Below are positions 38,016 to 50,253 of a stretch of DNA of 64,000 bases, one piece after another (position 1 is the stretch's first letter; the number at the start of each line of letters is the position of its first letter). This stretch comes from Cyanophora paradoxa CCMP329 (taxonomy: Eukaryota > Plantae > Glaucophyta): assembly GCA_004431415.1 (NCBI GenBank), contig QPMI01000483.1, forward strand, positions 328,556 through 392,555, given 5' to 3'. Under the pieces are notes generated by a model. That model saw nothing but the letters and a program-made list of their open reading frames with translations. It did no database searches and was not told the DNA's origin. The position numbers and the translations under genes were made by a program.

Positions 38016-40585
38016 CTACTTGGCATTAGAGGGGCCCGCCTCAGCCTCAGGCTCGGCGGGGCCAGCCGCGGCCTCTGCCGCGGCAGCGGCCTCCTTCTCG
38101 GCGCTCTTCTGTACTTTCTTCCAAGGTTTCTGGATGCAAGAGCGGTTCTTGCACGCGTCCCTCCCCGACTTCTTGTGGCACTTTGACGAGCAGATGATGT
38201 CTTCGTACTTGCAAATGCACTTCTTGTTCGTGCAGCCAGTCGTGCAGTTGCAGATCTTGCTCGGCCTGTCGATTTCGATGGCGCACCAGTCAAAGAACGC
38301 TTTTCTGCCAGGCAAGACATGGCAGTCAGAGCGCTGAGAAAGAATGCTGGAGGAAGACGGACCTGAGGGTTACAGGTTCGGTGCTGGCGGCGGTGATGCT
38401 CTCGATGAGATGCTTGAACCCGGCAAAGCCGCCGGTCTCGCCTGGAGGGGCAGGATGCCGCATAGAGCACACTTCGTCGGCCTGGAAGAGGCGGGGCTGA
38501 GAGTCGTCATCGTTGCGCTGGACTATACCGGCAGCAGTCTTGAGGATGTACTTGTTGAAGCCCGTGCCGACCGCAGCAATGACCGCGTGCACCATTGCGG
38601 GCATGCGGGCCTCGTCCAGGGCACGCGGATCGCAGTCCTTCACGCTGATGGATACCAGCTGCGCGCCCAACGTGAGCTCCATTGTCGTGTCCAAATGGTG
38701 CTCAAAACCATACCCAAACGTGCCTCGCGGGGCACGTTTGAGTATGATTTGGGCACGTCGGAGCATGGGGTTTGGGCATGACAGAGACGCACGTCGCCGA
38801 CTGCAAGGTTGGCGATCTCCCCGGCTCTCTTGCGGGCGAAGTCAATCATCCTGTTCCTGTACGCCGAGAGACGATCGTTCAGGACCCCTACGTAAGCCTT
38901 GTACTTCTCGTGCTCCTTCTGCGGGAACAATGTCAGTGCCGACAGCCATTAACGTAAACAGGACATAGCGAACCATGAAAGCGATCGGCATCCCCTCGAT
39001 GGTGCCACGACGGAAGCCGCCTTTGAGATGGCGCTCTGCGGAGTCCAAGTACTGCTCCGATTCCTTAGATTCCTCCTCCTCCATGTCCTTCACATACTTG
39101 TCCCAGAGGATCTGCTGCTTGTCGGTGGGCACCCAGCTGTCCCGGGCAGCTGCAGCCTCAACATCTTCGTCCGTGCCGACATCGACAGTGATTCCCGCAT
39201 CCTGCACGACGGGCATGGGAGGGAGCAGCATCAAAGCGTTCAAGAAGGCCTAGGGAGGTGTGCACCTTCATGAGCTCCTGGAGCGTAGTGCCCTGCACGA
39301 CCTCCCGCTCGTTGTAGACACGATCAGAGGAGGCGGGAGCCAGGTTTCCGAATCGCTCGGACGGATCTCTGTTGAACATGACCTTGAAAGGCGTCTGCTT
39401 GTGCCCCTTGGTGAAGATGGATGTGTTCATCTGCCACTGGACCTGTGCCTGGGTTGGTTGCAGGGCGCGAGCATGTCGGCACGGTCATACCGGGCCCAGG
39501 GCGGACACCCAGTCTTTCGTTCCGTTGAAGAAGCAGTACGCAGTGACTCGGCGGCCGAGCGTCCGGTTCGCGCGCTCCACAGAACCTGCAAAACACGGTC
39601 ATACCCGAACATGCTCAAACATGCTCGGCACGTGCTCAAAAAGATCGTTGGGCACGATTGAGCATGATGTTGGGCATGTCGCGGGCATGACGCGGGCATG
39701 GCGGGGGCATGGCGAACCTTGGTGCCAGGGACGGTAAGGCGCGCCGGTGATGATCACTATCTTGCGCCCCGTCACTCGCTGCCATTGCTTGCACGTCGAG
39801 CGAACAACCTGCGTCCACTTTCAGCTGATATGACGGCCCTAGGCAGACGTCCAAATGTACCCTGTTTACGAACTCGGACCCGTTGTCGTGATGCAGCACT
39901 TGTGGGACTCCCATCACCTGGAAAATCTCGACAAGAGCCTGTGCGACGCACCAGGCGGCCTTGAATTCCAGCGGCCTCAGGATGCTGCCTTCATGTCCCG
40001 CTCCCAGACCAGCGCGTTGTAGCGTTCCGTCTCGTCGAGTGCGCGCTCCGCGTTGGGATTCCCCTGCTCGTCCTGCATGTCCTTGTGCTTCCGGAATGGC
40101 GCTAATTCGTTGCACGCCTTTATGAACTCTTCGTACGTCCAGCGCACGGTGTGCCGCGTGCTGGTCGTTTCCTCGCTGGGCGCTGCGCCGCCGTCCGAGC
40201 CGTCCGATTGCCGCTGGGTCGCAGCAGTTGGTGCCCTACGCTGCTCCGGAGGGACGACATACGCGCCAGGCGGCGGGCCAGCTGCTGCCGTGCTGTTCCC
40301 GCCACCATTGCTTGAACTGCTCGAAGGCCCCGCGCGTGCCTGCTGGAGCTGATCTAAGAGAGATCTAGCAAGATGCCCGCCAGGACAATGGCCGCGGTGG
40401 CCCTCCTTGTGATCGCAGTCGCAGCTCGAGAACGACGAGATCAGCTGCTCGATGTGGCAGGTACACTTGCGGCCGCACCACGCGCGACCCGCGAGCACAG
40501 CTGTCTGTAGCGCGAAGCTGCAGAAGACGCAGAACTGCAGAATCTGGCCGGCCGCCTGAATCTCCTCCGGCGACAGGCCCAACAT
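38016..40585 (-). pseudogene. Ginger2 (KRBA2/SCAND3-like) integrase/transposase with an internal deletion
   Basis: ILRPL...VAQALVEIFQVMGVPQVLHHDNGSEFVN; GAPYRPWHQGSVERANRTL; VQWQMNTS...QTPFKVMFNR; C-terminal CNCTTGCTNKKCICKYEDIICSSKCH. The HHCC finger and first catalytic Asp are absent, with a frame break at ~39985. Confidence 0.85.
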
Positions 40586-40635
40586 CGCTGCAGCTGTCTG
40601 GGCTCTAACACCTGTCGTGCCCAACACAAAGCTTA

Positions 40636-40780
40636 CGTGCCCAAGCCTTTGGGCACGACGCGCCCTAGCCCCGACGTGCCCAAAGCGGATTTGGGCACGG
40701 GGCCCCGGCAATCATGTAATAGGCCCGTCCAACTCGATTCTGCTACGTGGTGCAAAAGGGTACGTAGTGGAGTGGCAACA
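40636..40780 (-). repeat. Right terminal inverted repeat
   Basis: Ends ...gtagtggagtggcaaca, followed by the TSD gccgc. Confidence 0.95.
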
Positions 40781-41038
40781 GCCGCTCCGAACGCGGATTG
40801 AGGGGGTAGGGGATTGACGGAGCAAATCGCGTACGCGTCGAGTTGCGGTCGCCGGTCGCCGGTCGGGCCGGGTCGATCCGACCGTCGGCACGGCGCGCGC
40901 GGAGACGATCGGCCATCGCCGACGGAGTTGGGCGTACGCCGTGATCAGGTGCGCTCGTAGCGTGCGACGCGTGTTATCAATGCGCTAAGCTTGCTTTGGA
41001 TCGCCGCGCAGCCCTGGGCGAGTTGCTGAGCGCTTCGG

Positions 41039-43994
41039 ATGCTCGTTAGCACGATCGCAGCAAGGCGCCGGGGCTGCGCGGCCCTCGGCGTCGTTCTTCG
41101 TACGCGTCCACAGCCTGGTCGCCGCGATGATGAGACGGGCTTCAAGTTCGCATCCAGAGCGACCGCCGCATCCGCGAGCTTCCTACAGCTGGCGCTACGG
41201 AGAGCGCTCTGGACGCGGGCGCAATGGCGTCAGCAGCCGCAGCCTCGCCAGCTGCTGCACGCAACGCGGCCCGCTGAAATGCGCGGCGGCGAAGAGCAAC
41301 GTCGCAGCGCGGCTGCGGCTCCGGACACGGATCGGCTTTATGCCCAACAGCCGTCGACGTCGAGTGATATCGGTGGCCAAATTCCTGACGAGGGACCCGA
41401 CTCAGCTGCAGCTGCAGCGCAGCCGCAAACGAGCACGAGTCGGTGGGGCCCGAGCAGCTTCAAGGCCCTGTTCGCGAAGGGAGACATCGAGAAGCCGGAG
41501 AGCATCTTCGAGAGGCATGTTCGAGAGGGCACCGCTGAGAGCATGTACCTCACGGATTTGATCAAAGGCCTCATCGCCTCGGGGCGGCTAGACCGCGCCA
41601 GGGAGCATTTCGACCGAGCGGTTCGTGGGGAGGCAGGTTATCCACCCGCCAACTCGTTCCACTACACATGTCTCAGTGCGCGCTGTTTGCGGGCCCACAG
41701 CTGTCTCCGCGGGCGCACACTGACGCCAGTCTCTCCCACGAGCAGTCGACGGGTACTTGGATGTGCCGCGCCTGCACGAGGCGTGGGCGCTCACGGAGAG
41801 GATGCTGCGCGAGTTCGAGGGGCAGATGACGGCGGGCCCGTACAGCGTCGCCGTGCGAGCCTGCTGCGCCGTGGCCCTCGACGCGAGGCGGACCTCGTGC
41901 GTCGGCCCCCCCCCTCCCCCCCCTCCCCCCCCCTCCCCCCCCCCCCCGCCCTCGCCGACGCGGCTGGCGCAGGGTGAACGCGGAGCTGGGCCAGCGCTGC
42001 GAGGCGCTCGCCAAGAGACTCGTGGACGAAGCCTTGGAGCGCCGAGTGCTAGCTGAAATCGCCGACGTGCAGCCGATGGTGCGCTGCCCGGCAGCCCGGG
42101 TCTCCGACGTGCGCGTCCAGCGCGCGGGATCGATGCCGCGCGCAGATCGACTTCTACGCTCGCATGGGTCGCATTCAAGACGGCATCGAGGTCATCCGCC
42201 GCTGTATGGCAGCCGGCATCCAGCTCCGGCCCGGCTTCTTTGCTACCCTCATCAGCGGGTGTGCCCGGCTCGGATCGGTGGCGGGCCTCACGATGGGGGC
42301 GGGGCTGCTCGAGCTCATGCGGGAGCACGGGGTCAAGCCCGACGAATTCGTCTGGGGTGCGCCGGCGCCGGCGCCGAGCCCTCCGTGGCCGGGCAGCTGC
42401 GAGCGGGCCGGGGCGCGCAGGGGCGTACCTGAAGCTCTGCATGGCGTTCCCCGAGGCGGCGGCGCGGGAGCTCGCGGGGCGGCTGAGGGCCAAGCGCCTC
42501 GCGCCCGACGCCGACGGCCTCGCGACGCTGCTCCTCGGCGAGATGTCCGCCGCCGGGCTCACCGTCAGCAGCGTCTGCTACAACACCGTCGTCCGCCCCG
42601 CCCCGCCGCCCCCGCCCGCCCCCGCCCCGCCGGCCCCCGCTCGAGCCGCCCTCGCGCCCAGATCCAGCACCTCGTCAACACGCAGCAGGACGAGCTGGCG
42701 CTGGGCTGGGTGCAGCGCGCCCGGGGGGCGGGGCAGGCCACCCCGGCCACCTACACCATCCTCCTGAAGCGCACCGGCCCGCCCGCCCCCGCCCGCCCCC
42801 GCTGCCAGGCCGCGCCTGCGCCCGCGGGCCTGACTCGGCTGGCGGGGGCGGGGGGGCAGCGAGTTCGGGGTGGCCGGACCCCGCGCAGGCGTACAAGGCG
42901 CTGGCGATGATGCGGGAGGACGGCCTGGAGCCCGACTGGACGATGAAGACCCTCCTCGTCAAGGTCCCCGCCCCCGCCCCTCCCGCCCCCGCCCCGCCCC
43001 CGGGCGCCCCGGGCGCCCCGCCGGCGCCTCCGACGGGGCGGGCAGATCTTCGCGAACGCGGGGGAGCTGGAGAGGGCGCAGGCGCTGGTGGCGGAGCTGC
43101 TCGAGGCCTCCGAGGCCGGCGCCTTCGCCATCAACAGCGTCAACCTCTCCGTCATCTTCGGTGCCCGCCCGCCCCGCCCGCCCCGCCCCGCCCCGCCCCC
43201 CGGCGCCCCGCCCTCGACGCCCGGGGCGGGCAGCGTCGTTCGGGCGGATGAAGAGCGAGGAAGGGGCTCGGAGGGCGACGGCGCTGCTGGGGGCGCTGCG
43301 GGCGGGCAAGCACGGGGGGACGCGGAACCTCGAGCGGGACACCGTCAACGCCATCGTCACCGTGCGCCCGCCCCGCCGGCGCCTCTCGCCGCGGAGCGCG
43401 CTCTCATGTGCGGCGCGGCGCGGGGCGGGGCAGGCGTACTCGAGGAGCAGAGAGCCGGAGACGACGGTGCGCGTCGCCCGGGAGCTCCTCGAGGAGCGCC
43501 GCCTCCGCGCCAACCGCATCGTCCGTGCCCCCGCCCCCGCCCGCGCCATCGCCGGCCGCCCACCCCGGCCCGCAGCTGCTCGAGCAGGTCGCCAAGTCCT
43601 TCTGGTGGAGCCACGCGCCGGTGCAGATCATCGACGCCGTCAACAGCTTCCTCGAAGACGAGCGCCTCGCGCCGGCCAGCATGGCCGAGGACGCCCCCTG
43701 GGTGCCCCCCTCGGGCCCCCGGCCCCGCCCCGCGCCCCCGCGCTGAGCGCCGGGCGGCAGGGCGTGCTGGTGGAGACTGTCTTCAGGTGGGAGCCGGTCC
43801 CGCGCAGGGCGGACGCGGAGAAGCAGCGCGTCGCGGCGGCCCGGCGCCTGCTCGTCCTCCTGAAGCGCTACGGCGTGCGCGTGGAGGCCGTCGGGGGCGG
43901 GGCGGCCCTCCGCGAGCTCGCCTCCCGCGGCGACTCCGGGCCCGCGGCGCGCCCTCCAGCTCGCGTTAGCTGGCCGCGGCGCCGGAGCGGCTAG
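41039..43994 (+). CDS. Pentatricopeptide-repeat (PPR) protein, probably organelle-targeted
   Basis: Arg/Ala-rich N-terminus. ~35-aa repeats YLTDLIKGLIASGRLDRAREHFDR, FFATLISGCARLG, CYNTVIQHLVNTQQDELAL, TYTILL...AYKALAMMREDGLEPD. Confidence 0.85.
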
Positions 43995-44335
43995 CTGCAG
44001 CGCGGGGCGCCCCGCAGCTGGCGCCCACGTTGCGGCGGTGGCGACGCGCGCCTCTCCCCGCGCGACGAGTCCGGCCCACCCCTGGCGGCAGGCCTCTTGG
44101 GCGGCCCGCCCCATTCTGCCCCTTCGCCCGTCTAGAGCTGAAGCTACAACGCGGCCGCGGGGACGGGGCTCGTGGCGCCTCGAGGGATTCTCGCTGCAAT
44201 TCAAGAACTCATCGCATTGAAACAGCAAAAGGATAAATGAATCATTGAATACGCGGACACGCAAAACTATTCCGCGTAGCGATATCGATGAAAGCGAACT
44301 AGCAAAGGGGATCGATGCCGTCCCCCCGGCGGGGG

Positions 44336-47300
44336 CTAGTCGGGGGGGTTGAGGTCGCTGCCGCGGCTGCGGTGGGAGCGCGCCGGCTCCGAGCGCCCGT
44401 CCTCCGTCATCGCCACGCTCCCCAGCCGCGCCGTCCGCGAGGTCTCCACCGGGGGGAGCCCCGCCCCGCCCGCCCCCGTCCCCGCCGCCGCCGCCGCCGC
44501 CGCCTCGGCGAGGGCGCGCGGCCAGAGCGCCGGCGCCGCCGCCGCCGCCCCCGCGTCCAGGCCGGCGTCGAAGACGGGCGAGACGGCGCGCCCCGCCGCC
44601 CGGTGCGCCGCCGCCGCCGCCGCCCGGCACGCCCCGCACGCCTCCCGCCAGCGCCCGGCCTCGCGCGCCGCCCTGTACCGCCCCGCCGCCTCCGCCGCCC
44701 CGGCGGCGCCGGCCGCCTCGGCCTTCTGGAGGGCGGCGGCGCGGGCCTCCCACGCCTTGGCCAGCAGCGCCTCGCGCTGGGCCGCCTGCGGGAGGTCAGG
44801 CGGGGCGCGGGGCGGGCCGGGCCGGGGCGCGCGCCGTGAGGTGGAGGATGCCGAGGGCCCGGAGGAGCGAGAAGGCGTGGGGGTACGGGATCGCCGCGCC
44901 CCCGTGGGGCGCCGCCGCCTGCTCGAAGGCCGACTCGACCTGCGGGAGAGGGGGTGAGGCGGACGGGGGGTACGCGATCCTCGGGCCCCGCGCACGAGCT
45001 CGTCGTCGGCGCACGGCTCCGCGACGGCGACGAAGGCGAGGAACTCGTCCAGCTGCGCGCCCCCGTCGGCGGGGCGCTCGAGGGCGGGGCGGGGCGGGGC
45101 GGGCACGGAGAGGAGGCCGTCGGCGTCGGCGTCGAAGAGCGGCAAGCACGCCGCCAGGTCCGCCACCGCCTCCGCCTGCCCCCCGCCCCCCGCCTTGGGC
45201 CTCTGCTCTGCTCTGGGGCGCGCGGGGGGCGGGGCACCTCGGCGGCGGCGAGGGCGTCGGCGGCGGCCTCGAGGAGCAGGAAGGAGTCGACGCGGCGGTA
45301 GCCCGTCTCGGGGTCCGCCTCGGCCGCCCCGCGAGGCGCGCCTGCAGCGCCTGCAGCGCCGGCCCCGGCAGCCGGTGCCCAGCGCCCCCGCCGCCGCCTG
45401 CCCCGCGTCAGCCCCGCCGGCCCGGAGGGGCCCCGGGGCCGGGGCGCGGGGCGGCGCACCGCCTCGGCGCGCTCGGGCAGGCCCAGGCGGGGCCGCCGCC
45501 CTCGAGGGGCCCAGGCCGGGCCCCGCCCGCAGCGTCCCGAGCAGCGAAAAGGCGCCCAGCATGCAGCCCAGCGCATCCACAGAAGGCTGCCCCCCGGCCC
45601 CGCCCCGCCCCCGTCGGCGCGGGAGGCCGCCGGGAGGGGCGGGAGGGGGCGGGGCACCTCGGGGAGCTTGCCCTTGGGGGAGGCCTCCGGGAGGCCGAGG
45701 AGGCGGGCGTAGAGGCGCGCCCGGCGGTGCTCGTGCCCCACGCAGAGCGCCCGCACCCCCGCGAGGAAGTTGCCCAGGTGCTGCCCCGGCCCCCGCGTCG
45801 CCGCCCCGCGCGCTGCGCTCGGGCGGGGGGGGGGGGGGGGGGGGGGGGGGGGGAGGGCACCTTCCTGGCCATCTTATCGGAAGGGTAGCGCGCCACGAAG
45901 AACTCGACGAGGCCCTCGACCACCAGGCGCGAGGCGCCCTGCGGCACGTCAGAGCCGGCGGGGCGGGGCGGGGCGGGGCGGGGCGCGCGTGGCCCGGGGA
46001 GGCGGTGACGGGCTCCGGGAAGAGGCTCCCGGGGCGCCGGTGCCGCTCGGCGAGCTTGCCGAGCAGGATGGGGACCAGCTTGCCCACCTGGCGGCCACGC
46101 GGCTCGCGGCGGGCGGGGCGGGGGGGAGGGGGAGGGGGCGCGGGGCGGACCTGCTTGCCGCTCATGGGCTGGCGGCCCTTGCCGACCTTGCGGAGGAGCT
46201 CCTCCAGGCTCTGCACGGGGGCCCCCGCCCCGCCCCGCCCCGCGCTCGACACGCTCTCCCTGCCCCCCCGCGCCCCGTCACGCCCCACGCGAGGAGCGGG
46301 AAGGATGGGGAGGGCGCGCCGGTGGGCCCCCGCGGGAGGCTGCTGGTCGAGGAGGAGGGAGAGGCCGCCGAGGCCGGCGGAGCTCGGGGCGCGCACGGAG
46401 GGCCCCGAGGCCGCCGAGAGGGCCACCGAGGGGGAGCGCTCGGCGAGGAAGGGGTTGGGGGCGGGAGGGGCGCGCGGGGAGGGGGCCAGGCCGAGGGCCT
46501 CGAGGTCCTCCTCCTCGTCGGGCTCGAGGACGCGGACGCCGGCGTTCGTCTGCGCCTCCGCGTCGCTCGCCATCGCCCGCGCCTCCGCCGCCGTCAGCAG
46601 GCCCCGCGACGTCGCCCGCAGCTCTCCGATCTCCCGCTGCAGCTCCCCCCTGGCCCCGCCCGCCCGCTCAGGCGAGGGGCGCGCGGGGCAGGGCGGAAGG
46701 GGAGAAGGGGGCGCGCTTGAGGTCCTGGAGGCGCTGGACGTCGAACTGGCCCTCCTCCCGCTGGAACGCCACCTCTGCCCCCGCCCCGGCGTTCAGGCTC
46801 GAGGCGCCGGACACGGCCGCCCCAGCCCGCCCGCGCGCACCGTCGGCCTCGCGCTGGAGCTGGGCGACGAGGGCGCGCAGGCGCCTGACCTCCCCCTCCA
46901 CCTGCTCCCGCGTCTCCATCGCCGCCCCCAGCACGTCCAGCGTCGCCGTCGCCACCCCGTACCCCTCCTCGTCCCCCTCCTCCTCGCTCCCCTCCTCGTC
47001 GCTCCCCGCGCTCGAGGAGCCCCCGGGGCGCGCCCCGGCCCCGCCGCTCCGGCTCGTCCCCGACCGGCTCGTCTCCCGCCCGCCCCGCTCCCCGGGTCCC
47101 GCCCCCTGCCCGCCGGCCCTGCCGGCGGGCTTCTCCGCCGCGTCGGCCTCGTCGTCGGCGGGGCGCGGGGGCCGGGCCGGGCGTGGCGAGGGTGACGGAG
47201 AGCTTGAGGCCCGTGGCGCGCGACGCCGACGAGCCCGGCCCGCCCGCCCCCTCCCCGCCCCGGCCCCGCCCCCGGCCCCGCCGCCTCGTGAAGCCCCGCC

Positions 47301-50072
47301 ACGCCGCTCGCCTCGGCCGCCGCAGGCGCCGCCTCGCCCGTCGACGCCTTCTGCTGGCGGCGCTGAGGGCGGGGCGGGCGGGCGGGCGGGGCGGGCGGGC
47401 GGGTGCGGGCGGACGGCGATGGAGAGGAGCTTGCGGACGCCGCGCAGGCTCTGCACCACCGCCCGGAACGAGCGCGCCTTCTTCCGGCCCGCGCTCGCCC
47501 CTCGGCCCCGGCCCCCTCGCCGTCGGAGGCGCCGGGGCCGGGGAGGCGTCGGGCGGGGACTCGGAGGGCGGCGAGGCGTCGGCGGGCCCGGGGCCGCCCT
47601 CCGCGTCCATGGCGGCCTTGGCCCTGGCCATCGCCGCCGCGAACGAGACGCGCCCCAGCGAGCGGCTCGACGGCGGCGGGAGCGCCAGCTTGGGGACCCC
47701 CGCGGGGGGCGCCGTCGGGCCGCCCGGCGCCGCCTTCTCCTGCTGCTGGGCGGCGAAGAGGGGCGCGAGGGGGATGGGGCTGACGGAGGGGCGGCGGGCT
47801 GCGACGGCGGCGGCGAGGTTCGAGGAGGGGCGCCGGGCGGTGAGGGGGGCCGACGGGTTGGAGGAGGGGCGGCGGGCGGAGGGGAGGGCCCCCCGGGGGG
47901 TCTTGAAGGAGGCGGCGGGGGGAAGCTCGCGCAGGACGGCGGCCGCCGAGGAGGCCGCCACGTCCTCCAGCAGCTCCTGTACCCCCCCGCCCGCCCCGCC
48001 CCGTCAGCGCGCCCCGCGGCGCCACCCCCCCCCCCCCCCCCCCCGGACCTGGACGGAGGCGGTGTTCTCCTTTAGGGCCTTGAGGCCCGTCACCGCCCGC
48101 CCCAGGTTCGTCGCCACCGCCACTGCGCCCCGCCGCCCCGCTCGCCGCCCGCCCCGTGGGGGTCGGGGCGGGGGGCGGGGGCACCGCGGGTCTTCTCGAG
48201 GCCGCGCAGGAGGTCCTCCTCCAGGTCCCTCACCGGGTCCGGCCCCCCCTCCTCCGCCTCGTTCTGCACCGGGGGCCCCGCGTGAGGCTCCGGGCGGAGG
48301 GGGGCGGGGCGGGGGAGGGGCGGGGGGTACGGGGCGCGCCGACGGGGGCAGCTCCCACCAGTTGGCCTTGGCCTTCCTCTTGCCCTTCTTCTGCGCGGCC
48401 GCCTCGTCCAGGCTCCCGTACACGCCCGGCGTCGGCACGAACGGGCCCCGCTCGCCGTGCCGCTGCCCCGCCCTCAGCTGCGCCGGGGGGGAGCGGGGCG
48501 GGGGCGGGGCGCACGCGGTCGCGCTGGATGCGGAGGTGGCCCTCGAGGAGGCGGGCGCGCGAGGCCGCCTCCTCCTCCCGCCGCGCCGCCGCCGCCACCC
48601 GCGCCGCCGCGCCCCGCAGGCCCGCCTCGAGCAGCCGCACGGCGGTGCAGTGGGCCTGGCGGAGCAGCGCGGCGATGTGCGGCAGCGTGCGCGCCGCCCG
48701 CTCGGCCGCCCCGTCGAACGCCTCCTCGCACGCCTCCAGCGCCTCCGCGCCCCTGCCCATCACCTGCACGTCCCGGCCCATCAGCCAGCGCCGGGGCGAG
48801 CACGGGGCGGGCCTCGAGCAGGGGCCGGGGCGGGCCTCGGCGCGGAGGGCGGCGGCGTCGGCGCGGGCGGCGGCGGCCTCCGGGGCGGCGATGGCGGCCA
48901 GGCGCCGCTTGAGCGCCGCGTAGAGGTCCGCGCAGTCGTCCGCCGTGTGCGCCAGCGCCTGCCGCCCGCCCCGCCCCGTCGCGCCTCGCTTGGCGCGCAG
49001 GGGCCCGGGGGCGCGCACCGCCGTGGAGGGCCGCGGCGAGCCGCCGCCGGCGCGCGTGGGCGAGAGGCTCGCGCGGCTGAGCGTGTACCCGCCCGAGCCG
49101 CCGCGCTGGCCGTACGGGCCCGTGGGCCCGGCAGCGACTGACAGGGCGGCCTCCGACTCGAGCGCGGGGCTCCGTGCCCGCATGCGCACCGGTAGGTGCG
49201 AGCCGGCTGCCCCCGCCCGCTCAGCCAGCTCCGCGGCGCGCCGGCGGGGGTGGCGGCGGGGATCGCACGGGGGTTGAGGTCGAAGGGCTCGCGGGGGCGG
49301 CGGGGGCTGGCCGAGGGCGAGGCGGCGACGACGGAGACGGCGGAGGCGAGGGCGCCCGGGACGGCCCCCGCGGCCACCAGGTCCGTGAAGGTCGCCGGCG
49401 CCCCTCCGCCACCGCCTCCCGCCTCGCCTGCCGCCCCGGTGAGCCAGCGGCGGCCGGCGGGCGGCGGGGGCGGGGCACGGGGGAGCGGGCGCGGGGCCGG
49501 GTGACGTGCGGCTCGGACTCGGAGCGCTGCAGGATGCGCTTCAGGGCGGCCGAGGAGGAGGCCGAGAGGGCGGAGCCGTAGAGCAGCTCCTCGGCGCGCG
49601 CCGCGGCGAGCGCCCCCGCCGCGTCCGCCGCCGCCGCGATGGCAGCGCGGGTGCTCCCGTCGCCGGGGGCGCCAGCCGGCCACGGTGGCGGCAGCTGAGA
49701 GCTCTGCAGGACCTCCGTGGCCGAGGCCGAGGGCCGCAGCGAGGCGAGGAGCTCCTCTGTATCGAGGTGGCTCTCGGGGCGGCGCGAGGAGATGCGCGCC
49801 GCGACGGCGCCCTTGCTCTTCGGGCGCGCACTCGCCCTCGCACTTGGCTCAGCGTGGGCTCGCCTCCCGAAACCGCCGCCAGCGACCGAGTCGGGCTTGG
49901 ATCGGAGTCCGTTCAGGGCGCGCGGCACGACTGCCGTGGAGGTGACCACATTCAGCACGGCTGGCGTTCCCAGCCGGCCGTCCGGCCCCAGCCGGCTCTG
50001 GGGCCTGTTGTCCGGTGCCTCCCGGCTGAACCAGAAGGTTGTCCCTTCCACGACCTGCCCCGCGGCCGGCAT
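44336..50072 (-). CDS. Large coiled-coil/low-complexity protein with a TSNAXIP1-like region and an EF-hand
   Basis: LVEFFVARYPSDKMARKHLGNFLAGVRAL...RARLYARLLG; EF-hand LFDADADGLLSLDEFLAFV. Upstream coiled-coil exons; the single-gene model is tentative. Confidence 0.55.
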
Positions 50073-50253
50073 AGCTTACTGTGTAGCCCGTCGCGCTCTC
50101 GGCCATCGACCGGACGAGGTCTGCCAGTGCTCCGCGTGCAGCCGAAGCCGGCTGGGCGATGCAGAAGTGCAGTTCGAGTGCTCTATAGGGGTACCGGAAC
50201 GCGGGTCCGATCTTGAAAGGGGCCCCCGCGGCCTTGCGGACTGGCAGCGGCCG

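Larger units (their letters stand above)
35011..40780. mobile_element. Ginger2/Tdd-type DNA transposon, 5770 bp, probably non-autonomous
   Basis: TGT...ACA termini; 145-bp TIRs (35011-35155 and 40636-40780, one mismatch); 5-bp TSD GCCGC (35006-35010 and 40781-40785); rve-type integrase inside. Confidence 0.93.

Noticed and set aside
35011-40780. LTR retrotransposon (TG…CA ends, 5-bp TSD, integrase)
   Set aside because: The termini are inverted rather than direct repeats, there is no gag, RT or RNase H, and the integrase gene has introns.
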